Part shown: positions 29,288 through 39,257 of the stretch, piece after piece
Layout: the number at the start of each line of letters is the position of its first letter
Position numbering within the stretch: the first letter of the stretch is position 1
NCBI GenBank assembly: GCA_030154105.1
Contig: JASKKP010000001.1
Span: forward strand, 81,967 to 145,966
Length of the DNA stretch: 64,000 bases
Reading direction: 5' to 3'
Origin: Bacillota bacterium
GTDB taxonomy: Bacteria; Bacillota; DTU030; DUMP01
The notes under the pieces: generated by a model
Databases searched by the model: none
What the model saw: the letters and a program-made list of their open reading frames with translations, nothing else
What the model was told of the DNA's origin: nothing
Position numbers and translations under genes: made by a program

Positions 29288-30112
29288 GTGGTAGATCAGG
29301 GAAGGAAGTCTACTCTTTTGCCGCTTACGCTGACCATCTGGTGCCTTAACGGTTTTCGAGTACAGCGCGGACCGGAGTTCATTCTCCCTGAGAGCTGGAA
29401 CCGAAAGAAAACTGCTCTCCTTTTCAAGTTTCTCTTGGTTCACCGCCAACCGGTGCCGGTCCATGTACTCCTCAATGAGTTTTGGTCGCACCTTCCCGAA
29501 AAGTCGGCCCGGCACAACCTGGCCGTTACCGTTTATAACCTGCGCCGGGTGCTGGAACCGGAGCTGGAGCGCGGGCAAAGGTCCAACTACATACTGGGTG
29601 GAAGCGACTACCTTTACCTCAATTGGGATCTGGTGGCCTTTTACGATGTCGATGAGTTCCTAAAGCGCTACAACCAAGGCATGGACCTGCTCGCCCAGGG
29701 TTTATTGCGCCCGGCTGCCCGTGCTCTTACCGATGCACTCGAGTTCTACAAGACCGACTTTTTGCTGGACGCTGCTTCCGAGCCGTGGATCATTGCCGAG
29801 CGGGAGCGCCTGCAGGTGGCGCGCCTGGATCTCTTAGAGCACCTGAGCGAGATTCTGATCAAGCTCGGCCAGTACAAAAAGGCCTTTGAGCATGCCAGAC
29901 ACTTGGTTCAACTGGACCCTTGTAACGAGGAGGGACACAGGATGGTCATAGAGGCCCTGGCGAGACTGGGCCACCGGTCTCAGGCTATAGCTCAGTACCA
30001 GCGCTGCCGGGAAGTGTTGAAGCGCGAGCGGGGCATAGAACCAGGACCGCTAACTGAAGAATTGTATCGCCGCATCGCCAGCGGGGAGAGCTGCCAAGGC
30101 TCTCCCCGCTGA
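29288..30112 (+). CDS. Stand-alone SARP-type regulator (wHTH + BTAD domain)
   Basis: L-F-LLVH...NL-V-VYNLRRVLEP wHTH, then DVDEF...W---ERERL...LDPCNEE TPR-like BTAD. Confidence 0.85.
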   Translation: MVDQGRKSTLLPLTLTIWCLNGFRVQRGPEFILPESWNRKKTALLFKFLLVHRQPVPVHVLLNEFWSHLPEKSARHNLAVTVYNLRRVLEPELERGQRSNYILGGSDYLYLNWDLVAFYDVDEFLKRYNQGMDLLAQGLLRPAARALTDALEFYKTDFLLDAASEPWIIAERERLQVARLDLLEHLSEILIKLGQYKKAFEHARHLVQLDPCNEEGHRMVIEALARLGHRSQAIAQYQRCREVLKRERGIEPGPLTEELYRRIASGESCQGSPR

Positions 30113-30301
30113 CTGCTTAGTGACCACTTGTTGATCAGGAGGTGATCGGAAGGAGCGAAGGTTCGAGCGCGTTAGTAGGGGCTGAAAAGCTGCTTGTTCT
30201 AATCTTGGGGAAAGAGCGGTGAGCGTAGAGTTGTCCGTAGGACGTCAACCTGGCGAGTTTCAACCGTTTGCTCTTGATCTCAAAGCGAAGACGAACAAAC
30301 C

Positions 30302-30547
30302 CTATCTAATCTCGCACAGAAGTTCGTCGTTCTCTTTATCGTCCTGGCCCTGCTTCTTCCGGCTTTTCCGGGGCAGGTCAGCCCGCAGGTCCCGGACATC
30401 GTCCGGTACTGGGCATGGCAGGCCGTCAGGCAGCTTGTGAGAGGTTAATTCGATGTTTTCTTTCAGCCAGGGAGCAAAGTCCCTGGCTTCATCATTCCAA
30501 ACCTGACGCAGGTCCACATCGGAGATGGTACCGAGTTCTATCGCCAT
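30302..30547 (-). pseudogene. Fragment resembling the N-terminus of DUF4268-type proteins
   Basis: LG----VDLRQVW-DEARDF-PWLKENI then unrelated sequence after about 39 aa. Confidence 0.45.
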
Positions 30548-30853
30548 ATAGATTTCTTCCAGCGTTCAAGATTCTTGAGCTGGGTGGCGACCGGGCCCGA
30601 TCCAGTTGGCTGCGGTGGCAAAACGCGCCTGAAAAACTTACGTGTCCAAATTCTCTACTCGAAAAGGCGTCCTTAAGAAACATCGTCCTCGCTCTGCAGG
30701 TGACGAGATAGTTGCGTTAAATAAATATCTAGAGAACCGCCGAAGGTACTAGCGGGCAAAAGACTAAACATCGCTACTCGCGAAGACGAAGCGAAGATGG
30801 GCAACCTGCCCAAAAACTTCTTGCCGAGCGAAGCTAGGGGAGGAAAAGGTTGG

Positions 30854-31849
30854 ATGATCAAAGACATGAGTCCAGTTGAGAGCATACGTGGTGGTATTTA
30901 CGGCCTTGCCGTTGGGGACGCGTTGGGCGCAGCGGTGGAATTCATGACGAAAGAAGAAATTCAAGCCCGTTATGGGGTGCTGCAAGACATTGTTGGCGGC
31001 GGATGGCTAAACCTCCGGGCAGGGGACTGGACAGACGACACGGAGATGGCGCTCGCCGTGGCCGAGGGGGTGGCTAAAGACCCGGAGAATCCGGTGCCGT
31101 ACATTGGTGAAGCTTTCCTGCGCTGGCGGGCCACGAATCCGCCGGATATCGGCGGCACAGTTCGGGCGGTATTTCATGCCTACGACCTTGTGAAGGACTG
31201 GCACCGGGCGGCGAAACAAATACACGCTCGCACGGGCAAGACCGCTGGAAACGGAGCGCTGATGCGCACTTTACCTCTGGCTTTTGTCTACCAAGATGTT
31301 CTCGTTCTCTTTACGCACTCTATGGAAGTTGCGCGCATGACCCACTGGGACCCGGAAGCAGGGCTGACCTGCTACCTGTACTGCCTTGTGGCCCAGGGGT
31401 TCTTGAGAGGCCGGGAATTCGGCGAGAGTTACAATAACGCTCTAGATATCCTGCGAAAAGTGATTCCTTGCGCTGAAGTCGGCGAAGTAGCTGCGGGGCT
31501 TATCGACAAGCTTGCGCAAGTGGCGTCCTGGCCGGCCGAGGCCCTGAAGCCGACCGGCTATACCGTGGACACCCTGGCTTGTGCTCTGTGGTGCGTGGCG
31601 AACTCAAAAAGCTTTGAGGAAGCGGTGGTGAAGGCGGTCAACTTGGGCGGGGACGCGGACACCGTGGGGGCGGTCACCGGGGGCTTAGCAGGGGTCATGT
31701 ACGGGTACGAGGCGATTCCGGATAGGTGGGTGGCCCAATTTACCTCGGCCCAACGGGAGAGGCTTGAGGGGGCAGTGGCGGGTTTGATTCGGCTCGCGCC
31801 GGAAAACGCAGGGGCAGAGGGGATTGCGGAACTCAGGGTTGAGGACTGA
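30854..31849 (+). CDS. ADP-ribosylglycohydrolase (DraG/ARH family)
   Basis: GLAVGDALG, WTDDTEMA, GNGALMR, GGDADT. Confidence 0.93.
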   Translation: MIKDMSPVESIRGGIYGLAVGDALGAAVEFMTKEEIQARYGVLQDIVGGGWLNLRAGDWTDDTEMALAVAEGVAKDPENPVPYIGEAFLRWRATNPPDIGGTVRAVFHAYDLVKDWHRAAKQIHARTGKTAGNGALMRTLPLAFVYQDVLVLFTHSMEVARMTHWDPEAGLTCYLYCLVAQGFLRGREFGESYNNALDILRKVIPCAEVGEVAAGLIDKLAQVASWPAEALKPTGYTVDTLACALWCVANSKSFEEAVVKAVNLGGDADTVGAVTGGLAGVMYGYEAIPDRWVAQFTSAQRERLEGAVAGLIRLAPENAGAEGIAELRVED

Positions 31850-31926
31850 ATTCCTTGCTCCTAGGACCGATGTGATGTATCCTGAAAAATAGAATGTTGC
31901 CGGAGTATAACCCGGGGGTGACGGAA

Positions 31927-32322
31927 ATGAGCTTTGACGAAAGGGTCGGCAACTGGCTTGAAGAAGCTGAGGCCGACCTCGAGACAGCTGAAATCTTGCT
32001 AGACGCCAGACGCTTTAATGCTTGCGCTTTTCATGCGCAACAGGCTGCCGAAAAAGCCGTTAAGGCGTTGCTTCTGAAGCTACACCTTGCTCCATGGGGG
32101 CACTCAGTGTGGAACCTTTATCTGAACGCAGTCGAAAAACTGGGGTCCGGTGATCCGGCAACTGAGGAGGCTGCCAAAGGGCTTGATTGGCATTATATCC
32201 CCTCTCGTTATCCTGATGCCCTGCCTGCGGGAACGCCTTCCAGATTCTATGACCGGAGCAAAGCAGAGGAGGCTTTGGAATGGGCACGGAGGGTAATGGC
32301 TTTTGTAAAGAAACACCTCTAA
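31927..32322 (+). CDS. HEPN domain protein
   Basis: W---AE-DL, AFHAQQAAEKA-KA, GHS, Y-PSRYPD. Confidence 0.88.
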   Translation: MSFDERVGNWLEEAEADLETAEILLDARRFNACAFHAQQAAEKAVKALLLKLHLAPWGHSVWNLYLNAVEKLGSGDPATEEAAKGLDWHYIPSRYPDALPAGTPSRFYDRSKAEEALEWARRVMAFVKKHL

Positions 32323-32729
32323 GCGATTTGCCGCCAAAATGGCGAGACGGAGTGGAGCGGTTTGTCTCGCAGGTAAGAGAGCAGTTTTCTCCTTGTTGTA
32401 TTATTCTCTACGGCTCGGTGGCGAAAGGAACCTATACGGTAGAGAGTGACATCGATGTAATCGTGATAGCCGAGGGCCTGGCAGCCGATTTTTGGGAAAG
32501 GCTACGCACTTTAAATGATTTGCGACCGCGCGGTGTCCCCCTAGAGGTATTAGCTTACACGCCGGCAGAATTTACCAAGATGCTGGAGGATTACAGCATT
32601 ACTGCCCTGGATGCAGTTGCGGATGGTTACCCGCTCTATGGTGAATCGTATTTTGCGGGCTTGGAGCGGAAAGTAGAGGAGCTTAAGGCACTGGGCCTTC
32701 GGCGTACGGCTGGGGCGTGGCGGTGGTAA
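32280..32729 (+). CDS. Minimal nucleotidyltransferase (MNT), partner of HEPN (start uncertain)
   Basis: LYGSVAKG...SDIDVIVI; overlaps the HEPN gene. Confidence 0.88.
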   Translation: MGTEGNGFCKETPLSDLPPKWRDGVERFVSQVREQFSPCCIILYGSVAKGTYTVESDIDVIVIAEGLAADFWERLRTLNDLRPRGVPLEVLAYTPAEFTKMLEDYSITALDAVADGYPLYGESYFAGLERKVEELKALGLRRTAGAWRW

Positions 32730-32734
32730 TGCTC

Positions 32735-33094
32735 CTAGTTATGTGGGGGGTCGAGTTCGCGCTGGATTTGGCGCCAGTGGTAGAGGTAGAGGGGGAGAGC
32801 TACGGCAAGGAGGGAAACGGCCGAGGCCAGACGGCGGGCCTGATCGTAGCGCTGCCGCTGGCGCTCGCGCGCTTCCTCAAGGCGGGCCTGTTCCGCCGCT
32901 ATCTCTGGAGTAATAGAGGGATCATTATTAGCCCGGTATTTAATATCCAGCGGCCCGGGTGTGTAGATGGGCGGCGGGTAGGCGATGGTTACAACCGAAC
33001 GTATGAGATCCACAGTACCGAAGATGATCATCATCAAGGTAACGAAACTTACCAGGTACAAGTAGACGGTGCGAATATTCCACTCGCGCTTCAC
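32735..33094 (-). CDS. Small two-TM membrane protein of unknown function
   Basis: IRTVYLYLVSFVTLMM and LPLYLYHW segments; AAGGAGGTG RBS before GTG 33094. Confidence 0.7.
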   Translation of the reverse strand: MKREWNIRTVYLYLVSFVTLMMIIFGTVDLIRSVVTIAYPPPIYTPGPLDIKYRANNDPSITPEIAAEQARLEEARERQRQRYDQARRLASAVSLLAVALPLYLYHWRQIQRELDPPHN

Positions 33095-33442
33095 TACAAA
33101 ACACCTCCTTGAAGGGATGAGGATGACCCGCGGCGATTTCGCAGGAAGGGCGGAAGCACGGCCTTTAATACATAGACGCGTCTGCGGCGTTTTAGTTCCC
33201 CGGCCGTGGATACGATAAGTGGAAAACCGTGCTCCTTTGGCTGCCGGTGGAAAAAAACCCGGCACCGGAGGGCGGCCGGGAGGACTTGGGGGAACTAAAC
33301 CGACGGCGGGCTACTCGGGGGAAGTGCCGGCTGCCCCGCGGCCGCGCGAGACCGCTTCGGTCTTGCGGCGGCCTTTTGTTTGTGCTATATTATTCGAAGT
33401 CGAAAATTCGTGTACGAACCATCGCAGGAGGTAAACGGACAG

Positions 33443-33916
33443 ATGGGCAATCTATCGGATGAACAGGTTCAAGCGATAGGGTATCATCTGCGCGAGATAA
33501 CCCATATGCTGAAACGCCACCTGGCGGTGCTTCTGGCGTCGGAGGGGCTTACCTTACCTCAAATGCTTGTCCTGCGCAGGATTAGGGAGAAGGCAGAGGT
33601 TACGCTGGGAGAGATTGCCGTTGACCTTCGCCTGGCCCCGAGCACGCTTTCGGACATTATCAAGCGTCTTGAGCGCGATGGGCTTGTAGAGAAAATTTCG
33701 GACCCGCGGGATATGAGGGTTATGCGCCTTCGAGTGTTGACGAAAGGGGAAGAGCTCTTGGCCAGGACCTGCTCGATTTACAACCGGCACTTGAGAAACA
33801 TTCTTGCCCACTTCAATGAGTCAGAAGTTGAGGCTTTAAGTCGAAGCCTGGCGCGCCTTAAGGAGTACGTAGACGCGGAAGATCCAAATAAGCTAGTGGG
33901 GAGAGACCGCCCGTGA
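33443..33916 (+). CDS. MarR-family regulator
   Basis: LT-PQ--VL, STLS-IIKRLE-DGLV, D-RDMR wHTH; coupled to MATE gene. Confidence 0.9.
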   Translation: MGNLSDEQVQAIGYHLREITHMLKRHLAVLLASEGLTLPQMLVLRRIREKAEVTLGEIAVDLRLAPSTLSDIIKRLERDGLVEKISDPRDMRVMRLRVLTKGEELLARTCSIYNRHLRNILAHFNESEVEALSRSLARLKEYVDAEDPNKLVGRDRP

Positions 33917-35331
33917 CTGCACGAAAGATGACCGACTTTACGCAGGGGAGCATTCCGCGCCACCTCATTTTGTTTGCCCTGCCGATGTTCTTGGGGAATC
34001 TTCTCCAAGCCCTTTACAACACCGTAGACAGCTTCTGGGTGGGGCAGTTTTTAGGGGCAAGGGCCCTGGCGGCTGTCTCCGTGGGCTTTCCGCTGATCTT
34101 TGCCCTGGTGGCCTTAGTTATGGGGATAACCATGGCCACCACGACGTTGGTTGCTCAATACTTTGGAGCGAAGCAGTTTGATCGGGTTCGGCGCACCATT
34201 TCTAACTCGTTGATCCTCCTCGTGCTCATGGGAGCTGTCTTGACAGCGATAAGCATCCCGGCGCGAGAAAGGTTCCTTAGGCTAATCAACGCGCCGGCGG
34301 ATATATTGCCCCTGGCCAGCCTGTATCTCGGCATTTTCCTTAGCGGCCTCATCCCTACCTTCCTTTATAACGCGGCAGGTGCGATCCTGCGCGGGCTCGG
34401 CGATTCAAAAACGCCGCTTAGATTTCTGGCTTATGCCACGGTCCTAAACATAATTCTGGACCCTATCCTGATCTTTGGAATGGGTCCCATTCCGCCTCTC
34501 AGGGTAGCCGGAGTGGCCCTGGCCACGGTCATTGCTCAAACGCTGTCGGCAATTTTTTCGATGGTCTACCTTATCCGGCACTCTGGGCTTATGCGCCTGG
34601 AACCCGGATGGTGGCGGCCGGATTGGGGAATCCTCGGCTTAACGTTTAAGATCGGCATCCCAGCAGGCATTCAGCAGGTGCTGGTTTCGCTGAGCCACGT
34701 TTTCATTGCGTCCTTGGTGAACCGCTTCGGCAGCATTGTGGTGGCCGGATTCGCGGTGGGCTCGCGGCTCGACCAGTTTGCCATCATGCCGGCCATGAGC
34801 GTGGGGCTCGCAGTATCGGCGCTGGTGGGGCAGAATTTGGGCGCCGGGAAAGACGAGCGAGTCCGGGAAACAGTAAAATGGAGCAGCTTCCTGGGCGGTG
34901 GCATTACTCTCTTTGTTGCGGTCGTTGTGCTGGCTATTCCCGGCCTTCTGGTGAGGCTTTTCAATACCGATCCAGGGGTGATCGCGGCGGGCGTGCAATA
35001 TCTCCGGCGTAACGCCTTCGGTTATGTTCCCTTCGGCCTCATGTTCGTCTTCGGCGGTGTGCTCCGGGGAGCGGGCGACACGCTGCCTACAATGCTGATC
35101 ACGCTCTTCGGCCTCTGGGGCGTGCGGGTTCCTCTGGCTACCTTCCTTTCGCACCACCCGGCCTTCGGGGTGAACGGGATCTGGGTCGCCATGGCCTTAA
35201 GCCCCATGGTCAGCCTGCTTCTGCAGCTGGTCTATTATCGTAGCGGCCTGTGGAAAAAACGGGCCATAGTGAGGCGCAACCTCAAAGGGACGCATCCCGA
35301 GGACGAATTGCTCTTGGATTCCGGCAACTGA
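33913..35331 (+). CDS. MATE-family efflux transporter
   Basis: 12-TM pattern, NLLQALYNTVDS, RGLGDSKTPL, NIILDPILI, GQNLGAG. Confidence 0.93.
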   Translation: MTARKMTDFTQGSIPRHLILFALPMFLGNLLQALYNTVDSFWVGQFLGARALAAVSVGFPLIFALVALVMGITMATTTLVAQYFGAKQFDRVRRTISNSLILLVLMGAVLTAISIPARERFLRLINAPADILPLASLYLGIFLSGLIPTFLYNAAGAILRGLGDSKTPLRFLAYATVLNIILDPILIFGMGPIPPLRVAGVALATVIAQTLSAIFSMVYLIRHSGLMRLEPGWWRPDWGILGLTFKIGIPAGIQQVLVSLSHVFIASLVNRFGSIVVAGFAVGSRLDQFAIMPAMSVGLAVSALVGQNLGAGKDERVRETVKWSSFLGGGITLFVAVVVLAIPGLLVRLFNTDPGVIAAGVQYLRRNAFGYVPFGLMFVFGGVLRGAGDTLPTMLITLFGLWGVRVPLATFLSHHPAFGVNGIWVAMALSPMVSLLLQLVYYRSGLWKKRAIVRRNLKGTHPEDELLLDSGN

Positions 35332-35473
35332 GAAGCTAGATGCGCAGTTGGGTTTAGGTCGGGCTGAGGCCGTGCCAAATTTGGCGCCAATAATAGTAGG
35401 AGGCAGGGGGACATAAAAAGAGGGAAGCGAGGCGGGCGAGGCAGCGGTTATGGTGGGCAAGTTAGGAAATAGT

Positions 35474-35512
35474 AAGAGGGCGCCGGAAGAATGGGCACCC
35501 TCTTGTTGTTTT
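35474..35512 (+). terminator. Intrinsic terminator between convergent MATE and NlpC/P60 genes
   Basis: AAGAGGGCGCC/GGCACCCTCTT stem followed by GTTGTTTT. Confidence 0.55.
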
Positions 35513-35535
35513 GCAGCTAAAGTATACAACGTCAG

Positions 35536-36279
35536 CTACAGCAGCCGCCGGGCACCTTTGTAGTTGCCGGCGTAGTAAGGTTCGGCCAAAGACGAGTACT
35601 TGACTCCGCCGCTGGTTGAGGCGTGGATGAAGCTGTTCCCGCCAACGTAAATGCCGACGTGGCGAATATCGCTGCTGCCGTAGTAGCCGAAGAAAACCAG
35701 GTCACCGGGCGCGAGGTCGGCGCGCTCAACAGGTCTCCCGAGCTTTGCCTGTTCGGCGGAGTTATGGGGTAGTTCGTACCCGAATTGGGCGAACACGTAA
35801 GCGGTGAAGCCGGAGCAGTCGAAGGCGTTGGGCCCGGACCCTCCGTACCTGTACGGACGACCGAGGAAGGACTTGGCCACCGTAAGGAGGGACTTTGAAC
35901 GTTCATACCGCTCATTGCCGCCGCGGGAAGAGAGTTCGGGAGCCGGCCGCGGGGAGGGTTCGGACTTTTGAGCTTCGCCCGCTGAGGCGGCGGGCACTTT
36001 CTTTTCCGGTACGATGAGCTTTTGCCCGGGGAAGATCAGATCGCCGTTTAGGCCGTTCATCCGCTGGATCTCTTCCACGGTGGTACCGTAAAGTTTGCTG
36101 ATGCGCCAGAGGGTTTCGCCAGGAACTACAGTGTGTACGGCCGCTAAGGCCGGGGTACTACTCACTAACACGGCTGCCGCAGCTGCAGCGAAAGCGAGGC
36201 GAAGGTGACCCAACATTCCTTTTGCTTTAGATGAATTACAGGGCGTGTTTGCCTTCTGCGAAAATTGTTTGCTAGGCAT
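35536..36279 (-). CDS. Secreted LysM + NlpC/P60 peptidoglycan endopeptidase
   Basis: Signal peptide, LysM (HTVVPGETLWRIS), FDCSGF and HVGIY...FIHAS; GGAGGG RBS. Confidence 0.92.
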   Translation of the reverse strand: MPSKQFSQKANTPCNSSKAKGMLGHLRLAFAAAAAAVLVSSTPALAAVHTVVPGETLWRISKLYGTTVEEIQRMNGLNGDLIFPGQKLIVPEKKVPAASAGEAQKSEPSPRPAPELSSRGGNERYERSKSLLTVAKSFLGRPYRYGGSGPNAFDCSGFTAYVFAQFGYELPHNSAEQAKLGRPVERADLAPGDLVFFGYYGSSDIRHVGIYVGGNSFIHASTSGGVKYSSLAEPYYAGNYKGARRLL

Positions 36280-36316
36280 GGTAAAACAACCCTCCGCCAA
36301 CTTTTCCTTCACCATA

Positions 36317-36345
36317 GTATTCGATAAGGGGAAGAAGTTTCCTGC
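36317..36345 (-). promoter_or_regulatory. Sigma-H-type promoter of the LysM-NlpC/P60 gene
   Basis: Minus strand CAGGAAAC...ATCGAATAC: AGGA-17 nt-GAAT. Confidence 0.6.
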
Positions 36346-36482
36346 CGCCAGGGAAAAATAATTGGGCCCGCCGCCACAAGACGGCAGCGAACCCAGGGCA
36401 GCCCATATTTGGGTGCGGCAAGAGGGCGGTATTTACCCGTCGACCGCGAGCGATGGGGAAGAAAGCGCCGAACGGGGGAACG

Positions 36483-37319
36483 TCAGAAAGTAATGCTCTT
36501 GAAGCGCCGGGCCTGTTCGGTGATGGCGCGCTCGGTGGCCAGGCGTTCAATGGAGGAGGCGCCGAAGAACCCGGCCACGCCCTTGGTGTGTTGCAGGATG
36601 TACTGGGCGTCTTCCGGCTCGGCAATTGGCCCACCGTGGCAGAGGACGATGATGTCCGGGTTTACTTCCTTGGCGGCGTCATGCATGGCCTGGACGCGCT
36701 TGGCAGCTTCTTCCAAGGTAATGGCCGTCTGGGCGCCGATGGAACCTTTGGTGGTGAGGCCCATGTGGGGCACCAGCACGTCCGCGCCGGCTTCGGCCAT
36801 GGCGCGGGCATCCTCCGGGGTGAAGACGTACGGGCAGGTGAGGAGATCGAGCTCGTGGGCTATGCGGATCATCTCCACTTCCAACCCGTAGCCCATCCCG
36901 GTTTCCTCCAAATTCTGGCGGAAGACGCCGTCGAAGAGGCCCACGGTGGGGAAGTTTTGTACGCCGGTGAACCCGGCGGCTTTCACTTCTTCCAGAAAGA
37001 CGTCCATGAGCCGGAAGGGATCGGTGCCGCAGACGCCGGCGAGAACGGGAGTGTGTTCTACCACCGGCAGAACCTCACGGGCCATTTCCATGACGATGGC
37101 GTTGGCATCGCCGTAGGGAAGAAGACCGGCCAAGGAGCCGCGGCCGGCCATACGGTAGCGGCCGGAGTTGTAGATAATGATGATGTCCACGCCGCCTTTT
37201 TCGGCAAACTTAGCCGAGATCCCCGTTCCCGCGCCGGCGCCGATAATCGGCCGTCCGGCCGCAATCTCGGCGCGCAGTTTGGCCAGGGCCTCGCTCCGGG
37301 TGATGCGTTTTCTCTTCAT
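36483..37319 (-). CDS. PEP-hydrolase-like TIM-barrel protein (TIM-barrel signal transduction family)
   Basis: [52 protein letters not shown]. Confidence 0.88.
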   Translation of the reverse strand: MKRKRITRSEALAKLRAEIAAGRPIIGAGAGTGISAKFAEKGGVDIIIIYNSGRYRMAGRGSLAGLLPYGDANAIVMEMAREVLPVVEHTPVLAGVCGTDPFRLMDVFLEEVKAAGFTGVQNFPTVGLFDGVFRQNLEETGMGYGLEVEMIRIAHELDLLTCPYVFTPEDARAMAEAGADVLVPHMGLTTKGSIGAQTAITLEEAAKRVQAMHDAAKEVNPDIIVLCHGGPIAEPEDAQYILQHTKGVAGFFGASSIERLATERAITEQARRFKSITF

Positions 37320-37385
37320 TGTCTTCTTACCTCCTCAAGGTAATAGGCTGGCTGGTTGCTGCCTTGCGCTTGGCAGCGAAATCCC

Positions 37386-38600
37386 TTAACTCCCCTTAGC
37401 CATAAGTTCCTCGAGAATCTTGGCCATGGTCAGGGCGAATTCCGGGTCGTTAATGTGGTTGTCCAGTTCCACCAGGCGGATTTCGGGACGCAGGTGCTCG
37501 CGCAGCGCATCGAAGAGCGCCGCATCGGCCTCCGGATCGTAGAAGGGTTTGCCTTCGGCATCGATCATGGACACGCCTTTAAGGGGCAGCACTACCACCG
37601 TAGGGCCGGTGGCGGCGTTGAGTTTTTCGGCGATGATCCGCCCAAGCTCGGCGCATTCTTCGGGGGTTGTGCGCATCAGGGTAACTGTGGGGTTGTGCTG
37701 GTAGAACCGGCGGCCCTTGAATTTTTCCGGGACGGTCTCCGGCGGGCCGAAATTGACCATATCCAGAGCGCCGACCGAAACCACCTGGGGAATCCCACGC
37801 TTGCCGGCAGCCTCCAGGCGGTGCGGGCCGGCCGAGAGCACACCGCCCACCAGCTCGTCACACCACTCGGTGGTGGTGATGTCCAACACGCCGCTGACAA
37901 ATCCGTCCTCGATAAGGCCCTCCATGGCCCGGCCGCCAGACCCTGTGGCGTGGAAGACCAGCACCTCGTAACCCCGGCTTTCTAGGTATTCGCGGGCGAA
38001 AGTAACGCAGGGCGTGGTGACGCCGAACATGGTGGCGGTGATGATGGGCTTGTCGTCTGCCGCTTCGTCTTTTTCGGCTTTAACCATCCCAGCTATGGCG
38101 CGGGCGGCGTTCCCCAAAATACGGCGCGAAAGCCGGTTAAGCCCGGCAATGTCTACCACCGAGTACATCATGGTGATGTCTTTCGTACCTACGTAAGGCC
38201 GGGTATCGCCCGAGGCCAGGGTAGAGACCATCACCTTAGGCACGCCGACGGGCAGCGCCTGCATGGCGGACGTCCCGATGGTCGTGCCGGCCGAGCCGCC
38301 CAGGCTGATGATGCCGTCCAGACGGCCCTCTTCGTAAAGCTTGCGGGCGATAACGGCGGCGGCCCGGGTCATGGCCGCTACAGCTTCACCCCGGTCGCGT
38401 TTGGCGGCCAGGGCCTCCAGGTCGATCCCTGCTGCTTCCGCTACTTCTTCCCGCGTAATGTCCGGTGTAACCGCCGGAGGCTCCAGCACCCCCATATCCA
38501 CCAGCAGCGCGTCCACACCTTGGGCGCGGATGACGTCGCGGACGTAACCAAGCTCTCTTCCCTTCGTATCCATGGTTCCGAGGACGACTACAGTGGGCAT
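37386..38600 (-). CDS. Tm-1-like ATP-binding protein (UPF0261)
   Basis: GTMDTKG, GGSAGT, DI-GLNR, TMFGVTTPCV, FHATG-GG, HNPTVTLMRT. Confidence 0.9.
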   Translation of the reverse strand: MPTVVVLGTMDTKGRELGYVRDVIRAQGVDALLVDMGVLEPPAVTPDITREEVAEAAGIDLEALAAKRDRGEAVAAMTRAAAVIARKLYEEGRLDGIISLGGSAGTTIGTSAMQALPVGVPKVMVSTLASGDTRPYVGTKDITMMYSVVDIAGLNRLSRRILGNAARAIAGMVKAEKDEAADDKPIITATMFGVTTPCVTFAREYLESRGYEVLVFHATGSGGRAMEGLIEDGFVSGVLDITTTEWCDELVGGVLSAGPHRLEAAGKRGIPQVVSVGALDMVNFGPPETVPEKFKGRRFYQHNPTVTLMRTTPEECAELGRIIAEKLNAATGPTVVVLPLKGVSMIDAEGKPFYDPEADAALFDALREHLRPEIRLVELDNHINDPEFALTMAKILEELMAKGS

Positions 38601-38821
38601 CCTTTCCCCTCCCTTCTCGTTCCCTTCCCGTTGCCGGAGTATTTCTGAAGCAGTCCCCCCTTCCTTGTTGCCCAAGCAATAAACGAATTACTAGCTAGTA
38701 TATTCTAGAAACAACATCATTATCCTCCTTCGCGGCGGGAATGATGAAGCGTCCTAGTAAGAACGAGGGCGGTTTGGTATAATGGGCTTAAAGACTAACA
38801 GTTCTCTAGGCCGTCGAAGAG

Positions 38822-39253
38822 GTGGGAGCAGCCGTGGAGGCAGCAGTCGTCGGGTGCGGGGTGGACCTGGTAGAGGTGGAGCGCATTCGCCGCGCGCGGG
38901 AGCGCTGGGGGGAGCGTTTTCTCGCCCGGCTCTTCACCGCGGGCGAACGCGCTTATTGCACCGGCAAAAAGGAGGCCGACGCCTCGCTGGCGGCGCGCTT
39001 TGCGGCCAAGGAGGCCGTAGCCAAGGCCCTGGGGCTGGGGCTTGGCCGCTTCCTCTGGCAGGAAATCGAAGTTGTGCGGGCGGAGGCCGGTCGGCCCGAG
39101 GTGCGCCTGGCGGGAGCGACCTTAAGTCGGGCGCGGGCCTTGGGGGTGGGGCGAATACTCCTTTCCCTCTCCCACACGCGGGAACACGCCTTGGCCCAAG
39201 CCATCGCCTTGGCGGCGCCGGGAAGGGCCGGCAAAGAAGAGAAAAGGGGATGA
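38822..39253 (+). CDS. acpS: Holo-ACP synthase
   Basis: GVDLVE, AARFAAKEA, SLSH. Confidence 0.93.
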   Translation: MGAAVEAAVVGCGVDLVEVERIRRARERWGERFLARLFTAGERAYCTGKKEADASLAARFAAKEAVAKALGLGLGRFLWQEIEVVRAEAGRPEVRLAGATLSRARALGVGRILLSLSHTREHALAQAIALAAPGRAGKEEKRG

Positions 39254-39257
39254 GGAT

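Noticed and set aside
30492-30885. Short minus-strand ORFs (63 and 70 aa) near the DUF4268-like fragment
   Set aside because: No recognisable motif or RBS; one overlaps the ARH gene antisense
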